Assembly: GCA_963833425.1 (NCBI GenBank)
Contig: CAWHXP010000003.1
Location: forward strand, 512,001 to 576,000
Origin: an uncultured Methanosarcinaceae archaeon
GTDB lineage: Archaea > Halobacteriota > Methanosarcinia > Methanosarcinales > Methanosarcinaceae
Direction of reading: 5' to 3'
Length of the DNA: 64,000 nt
In this document: positions 59,019-64,000 of the stretch, one piece after another
Layout of the letters: every line of letters starts with the position of its first letter
Position numbering within the stretch: position 1 is the stretch's first letter
The notes under the pieces: generated by a model
What the model was told of the DNA's origin: nothing
Database searches by the model: none
Seen by the model: only the letters and a program-made list of their open reading frames with translations
Position numbers and translations under genes: made by a program

Positions 59019-59807
59019 ATGAAAAGTAGTTTCATCAAAATAGTAAAAGAAAACAATATCGAAGTATTGTCTCTCATAATTGTAGTCGTGGTTTGGCAGC
59101 TTGTAGCGGATATAATTGTACATAATAATTTTCTTCTTCCTAGTTTTTATGATGTAATAACTTCTTTTTTTGTTCTTGTCAAAAATGGACTAGTTTTTAT
59201 GGATATATTAATAAGTTTACTTCACTTTTCAGTCGGGATTACTGCAGCTCTTATAATCGGAATTCCAGTCGGAATATCTATGGGATGGTTCAAAAAAATA
59301 AACAGAGCAATGGATCCTATAATCGAAACATTGCGACCTATCCCTCCTCTTGCCTGGATTCCATTCGCAATTGTATGGTTCGGACTTACACATCAAGCTG
59401 CAGGTTTTGTTGTGTTCGTAGGAATGGTATTTCCAATTGTTATCAATACTTACACAGGCTTCAAAAACGTACCGAAAGTTAATGTTGAGGCAGCAAAGGT
59501 TCTTGGATGCACCCAAAACTTAAAACTCATACGTTTTATCGCTATCCCCTCAGCCATGCCTTCAATTGCTGCAGGAATCCGGATTGCCATGGGAGTAGGC
59601 TGGATGTGCCTTGTCGCTGCAGAAATGTTCGGAGCCAGCGAAAGGGGACTTGGGTACCAGCTTTGGTTTAATTATTACCTTCATAGGATGAATTTTGTGG
59701 TAGTGTATATGCTCCTGCTGGGATTTCTGGGGCTTTTCATCGATCATTTCTTCAGATATTACATGGATGCAAAATTACTGAAGTGGACAGCGGGAACTGT
59801 GGTGTAA
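59019..59807 (+). CDS. ABC transporter permease (NitT/TauT/SsuC family)
   Basis: LRPIPPLAWIP, EAAKVLG, IPSAMPSIAAGIR..WMCLVAAEM. Confidence 0.92.
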   Translation: MKSSFIKIVKENNIEVLSLIIVVVVWQLVADIIVHNNFLLPSFYDVITSFFVLVKNGLVFMDILISLLHFSVGITAALIIGIPVGISMGWFKKINRAMDPIIETLRPIPPLAWIPFAIVWFGLTHQAAGFVVFVGMVFPIVINTYTGFKNVPKVNVEAAKVLGCTQNLKLIRFIAIPSAMPSIAAGIRIAMGVGWMCLVAAEMFGASERGLGYQLWFNYYLHRMNFVVVYMLLLGFLGLFIDHFFRYYMDAKLLKWTAGTVV

Positions 59808-59808
59808 A

Positions 59809-60573
59809 ATGGGTCAAGTGAGTGTAATAAATGTTTCGCGAACATTTATAAAAAAAGAAGATGAGTCTAAGACAGAGGCTTTAAAAAATGTGAGCTTCGA
59901 TGTAGAGGATGGAGAGTTTGTCTGCCTTCTGGGACCGTCTGGTTGTGGCAAGACGACACTGCTTAGAATCATCGCGGGACTTGAAACCCTTACCTCAGGA
60001 GAAATTACTCTAAACGGGATTCCTATAACAGGCCCAGATCCTAAAAGGGGCATGGTTTTTCAGCAATATTCCCTCTTTCCCTGGAGAACCGTTATGGATA
60101 ATATCACCTTTGGACTCGAAATGGAAGGGATTAAAAAGGTTGAAGCCAGGCCACAGGTGGAAAAGTATATAGAACTTGTGGGCTTGGAGCAGTTCAAAAA
60201 TAGCTATCCATTTGAACTATCTGGAGGAATGCAGCAGCGGACAGCCATTGCAAGAGCTCTTGCGAATGAGCCCGAAGTACTTCTGATGGACGAGCCTTTT
60301 GGAGCCCTCGATGCTCAAACTAGAAATATCCTCCAGGATGAACTCCTTAAGATATGGGAGCAAAAACATGTAACCTTCCTTTTTGTGACCCACAGTGTTG
60401 ATGAAGCTGTTTTTCTTTCAGACCGGGTGATAGCTATGACATCAAGGCCAGGAAGGATAAAGGAGATTGTAGATATAGATCTTCCCAGGCCACGACATCG
60501 GACTGGTCCCGAAGCTAATCGTTTAAGGGATTATGTTCTAAAACTTCTAGAAGAAGAGAGGCGAAAAAAGTGA
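59809..60573 (+). CDS. ABC transporter ATP-binding protein (NitT/TauT family)
   Basis: GPSGCGKTT, VFQQYSLFPW, LSGGMQQR, LMDEPFGALD, VTHSVDEA. Confidence 0.93.
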   Translation: MGQVSVINVSRTFIKKEDESKTEALKNVSFDVEDGEFVCLLGPSGCGKTTLLRIIAGLETLTSGEITLNGIPITGPDPKRGMVFQQYSLFPWRTVMDNITFGLEMEGIKKVEARPQVEKYIELVGLEQFKNSYPFELSGGMQQRTAIARALANEPEVLLMDEPFGALDAQTRNILQDELLKIWEQKHVTFLFVTHSVDEAVFLSDRVIAMTSRPGRIKEIVDIDLPRPRHRTGPEANRLRDYVLKLLEEERRKK

Positions 60574-61327
60574 GTTCTGGATAGGAGCGGGATAAAATAA
60601 TGATTCAACGAAATTTATCTCCACACCATATGTGAATTTTGATAACGATTCTATATTTTTATAGAAAATATCCATCTTATTTAAGGATTACGTTATATTT
60701 TTATGTAACCTACAACACACATCCAGGTTTGGCATGAGTAGCTTCCTTGTAATTAGCAGCATTGCTCTAGCTCTTTTCAGAAGACTAAACTCAGATATTG
60801 TTTCTCTATTTCTCATAATTTTTGTCGGTGTACAGACAAAAGCCTTATTAGTTTCACATTACATTGAACAAACGCACCCTTACCAAGTTAAACACTGCAA
60901 ATTAAAGTAAGGTATTGCCATAACTTCACCCACTACCAACAATTAAATTGACTTCCAGCGTAAGGATCTTCTCAAGAAAAACTTTTTTATCAATCATTGT
61001 ATATGGACATGGTGAATACTTTATAATAAATAATAAACAGTCCCGTTAGATTACTTTTCAGACCATCAATACAGTAAAAATATTTCGTTTGCATTCTTTT
61101 CCCATAAGTTTTGTTATCAAGTTTCACAAATATGATTGAATATTTTGTTCTATAACATCTGGAAGGTTAACTATCAACTTCGATAAATAAAGTTAATATC
61201 CTTGAAAGCTTTAAATTAGAGGAACAAACAAAAAACTGAAAGGTAGGCAAATAAGTGTACAAAAGCAAGGAAAGTGAACTTCTTTTTTGAGACTCTTTAT
61301 TATTTTCTGGGCTATTTGTTGACTAGA

Positions 61328-61416
61328 GAGGATTTCGATAAATCCCTAAATTTCGTCATATCCTTATAAATAGTCTATAAAAGACTCATGAAAATCAGAG
61401 GTTTATCGAAATCCTC
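61328..61416 (+). mobile_element. MITE family A, best-preserved copy (89 bp)
   Basis: Perfect 15-bp terminal inverted repeats GAGGATTTCGATAAA / TTTATCGAAATCCTC, non-coding, CTAG just upstream; ends resemble the IS5 IRs. Confidence 0.85.
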
Positions 61417-61568
61417 CGAGTCAATTGTTAGTAGAATAAATGATAAATTTTAGCTGTCCTATAGGATAATATAATAGTTCACTTTTTCTTTTTCTGATTA
61501 GCAAATTCAAAATTAGGCGAATCTTGCAATGTGAGATTCTGCAGGTTCTAGTTACGGATGCTAACTCA

Positions 61569-62858
61569 CTATTCTGGAATCTGCTTGATTTTTACTCCGA
61601 GATTGGACATATTCTTGAAGAAGTAAGGATAAGAAATCGATACAGATTCAGTTGTGTCAATGGTAGTATTCCCTGCCACCATCCCTGCTATTGCAAGGGC
61701 CATCACAATCCTGTGATCATGCCAGCCGTGAACCACTGCTCCATTAAGTTTGCCGCCGGTGATAGTCAGACTGTCCTTCTCCTCTTTAAGGCTCACTCCA
61801 AGCTTTGGAAGTTCGGTCGCAAGGGCATGAAGGCGATCCGTTTCCTTATACCGAACATGCTCTGCGTTTTCGATCCTGCTTATCCCTTTAGCAACTGCAG
61901 CCAGAACAGCGACTGTAGGGACAAGGTCAGGTGTTGCCCCGGCATCAAAGGTAACGGCCTTTAAATGTTTACCTCCTCTAACAGTTACAGTGCCAACTTC
62001 TTTATCCCATGTTATATCTGCTCCCATGCGTTTCAGAATTTCAATTATCAGCTTATCCCCCTGTTTAGATGGATAGAGATTTTTGACTGTAATTTTCGAA
62101 TTGTCTGTCAGAGCTGCGGCTGCAAGAAGATAAGAAGCAGAAGAAAAGTCACCGGGAATCGTATAGTCTTTGAGATCGTATTTTTGTTTCCCGGGGATAA
62201 TGAACCTAGTCCCATAGTTACTATCCGTTAAAATTTTAGCTCCTGCTAGTTCAATCATCTCAAGTGTTATGTCTACATAGGGTTTTGACTTCAATTTCCC
62301 TATAATTGAAAGAATTGTGCTATTTTCAGTAAGTGGACAGGCTATAAGAATAGCAGAGATGAATTGAGAACTGATAGAACCGTCGATATTCACTTCCTTC
62401 CCTTTAAATCCACCTTTGACTATAAGTGGAGCCCGCTCGTTTCCTTGAGTGGAGCAGGCGTGGACACCCAGTTTGTTAAGAACATCAAGAAGAGGACCAT
62501 TTGGCCGGGTGCGTAGGGAGTTATCTCCAGTGAGCACTGTGAGCCCATCAGTAAGGCCTGCAACCGCCGTCATGAAGCGGAGCGTCGTCCCTGAATTTGC
62601 AGCATCAATTACATCTTCTGGAACATTGGGTTTTCCATTAATTCCGTGGATAACGAGATTTTCTTCCCCCCTTTCAATCAAGGCCCCGAACATCTCTGAA
62701 GCCCGGATTGTAGCAAGGGTATCAGCGGAAATCAGAGGGTGGCGTACAATTGATTCTTTCGAAAGACCTGCTATGGTTATAGCCCTATGAGTATAACTCT
62801 TTGAGGGTGGAGCAAAGACTTCCCCTTTAACTGATGATTTGCTAATAGAAACACGCAT
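61569..62858 (-). CDS. aroA: 3-phosphoshikimate 1-carboxyvinyltransferase
   Basis: PPSKSYTHRA, NSGTTLRF, SLRTRP, ISSQFISA, PGDFSSA, RYKETDR, HDHRIVMA. Confidence 0.97.
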   Translation of the reverse strand: MRVSISKSSVKGEVFAPPSKSYTHRAITIAGLSKESIVRHPLISADTLATIRASEMFGALIERGEENLVIHGINGKPNVPEDVIDAANSGTTLRFMTAVAGLTDGLTVLTGDNSLRTRPNGPLLDVLNKLGVHACSTQGNERAPLIVKGGFKGKEVNIDGSISSQFISAILIACPLTENSTILSIIGKLKSKPYVDITLEMIELAGAKILTDSNYGTRFIIPGKQKYDLKDYTIPGDFSSASYLLAAAALTDNSKITVKNLYPSKQGDKLIIEILKRMGADITWDKEVGTVTVRGGKHLKAVTFDAGATPDLVPTVAVLAAVAKGISRIENAEHVRYKETDRLHALATELPKLGVSLKEEKDSLTITGGKLNGAVVHGWHDHRIVMALAIAGMVAGNTTIDTTESVSISYPYFFKNMSNLGVKIKQIPE

Positions 62859-63329
62859 ATATCATAGCTCTCCTACTTTTATTTTAAACTTTTTCCCCCG
62901 AAAATTAAGGTGGCTTGTTTTTGTTTTTTGTAATGATTATAAATTTAGCTTTAGGGATTCAGTTCACAACTTGTCGAATACTTTCCACCATGTACGAGCT
63001 ATGGTCATAGGAATGAACTGATAAGCTGAGAGTAGCTATCGTGCAGTGTTTTGCCCTTCTACCCTGTCAGGACAAGTATTAGTGGAGTGTTGAGAGGCCA
63101 TTAAGATTTCTAGGTAAGCTTCTGCTACATAGTTTTTCCTGGAAAAATAGTTATGTGTGCACTCTCATCAATTATCCCAAAGTTATCGAGAGTCTTGAAA
63201 GGGACCTCATCAACTTTTGTGTCCATAGGGTTGATCCATGTAACTGCTATTTTCTACCTGGATGTTGGGATTGCCTGAAATTTATTAATCATGTATTCCA
63301 TCTGGTCTATTTTTCAGTTCCAGTTAATT

Positions 63330-63620
63330 AAAGCTCTGTCAGTATATGTACTTAAAATTCTGTGTTTAATCATCCACTTTTAATTCTCAAAAACCAAGTC
63401 GATAAAGTTGACTTTACAACTGTCAATATATTTTTTTACATATATCTATAATTCTTTTTCTGAATTATTAGACTTTGGTACTATCTAGTATGTACTCAGG
63501 AAAACCAATAAATTTCCTGAAAGAAATTCTATTAATAAATTGTTTATCAAGAACAAATTCAGTAAGAGTTTTCATGAGTAAAAATTATTGTAAAGAAATT
63601 TTAAACTCCCTTAACTCCCT
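63330..63620 (-). pseudogene. IS5-family transposase remnant
   Basis: Minus strand LDKQFINRISFRKFIGFPEYILDSTKV matches the IS5 transposase core. Confidence 0.65.
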
Positions 63621-63649
63621 TGATACTTAAATTCAAAGAAATATATAAA

Positions 63650-63970
63650 AATTTGTTAAGATATTACTGTTTTTTATTGAGTTTTGTGAAAAAGATTTAT
63701 CAAATAATGAATTATCAACTGTTTGAAATATATCTGTTTTGAAATTGGTAAAAGGTACTTTTTTGAGTTGACAGAATAGGTAGTGATGGAGATCATATAC
63801 ATCTTTTAGTTAGTGCTGAGCCAAAATATTATCCTTCAAGAGTAACGCAAATTATTTAAATATACCACAGCAAGAAAAATCTTTGAATAATAACCTGAGA
63901 TTAAAAATATTTTTTGTATAGTGAACTTTAGAATAATGGAGAACGCATTAGAACTGTGGTTATTAGTACA
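63650..63970 (+). pseudogene. tnpA: IS200/IS605 tnpA remnant
   Basis: IGSDGDHIHLLVSAEPKYYPSRVTQI is homologous to the tnpA at 3416. Confidence 0.7.
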
Positions 63971-64000
63971 ACTTCCGATTAAATTAGAGATGATTTGAAA

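Overview
AT-rich archaeal DNA, most likely from a Methanosarcina-type methanogen. This is inferred from argJ-CBS-argC, SUI1/aIF1, Nre with a C-terminal PIP box, aroA, and a Methanosarcina-style beta-propeller surface protein and TPR proteins. Intact housekeeping blocks (about 13-23 kb and 45.6-63 kb) surround a heavily decayed accessory region of about 22 kb (23.2-45.7 kb). That region holds a pseudogenised nitrogenase-like D-K-H cluster, a pseudogenised double-cubane-type reductase/activase pair, two proteases, HicBA, methyltransferases, an ABC exporter and IS6 copies. The most striking unexplained signal is a 31-bp inverted-repeat motif (about ATGCAYAGNTTTT-N5-AAAANCTRTGCAT, asymmetric spacer). 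It occurs eight times between 23.4 and 35.5 kb, outside every accepted gene, and divides the region into blocks of one to three genes, like a cassette array. Two copies sit at a fixed distance behind 9-bp tandem arrays. No recombinase gene is visible in the window. Also present are two families of ~90-bp IS5-related MITEs (one inverted pair brackets a protease gene), IS5 and IS200 remnants, and a DUF4011-helicase-nuclease-DUF3320 (Hhe-like) defence candidate. All calls are by eye, with no database searches.
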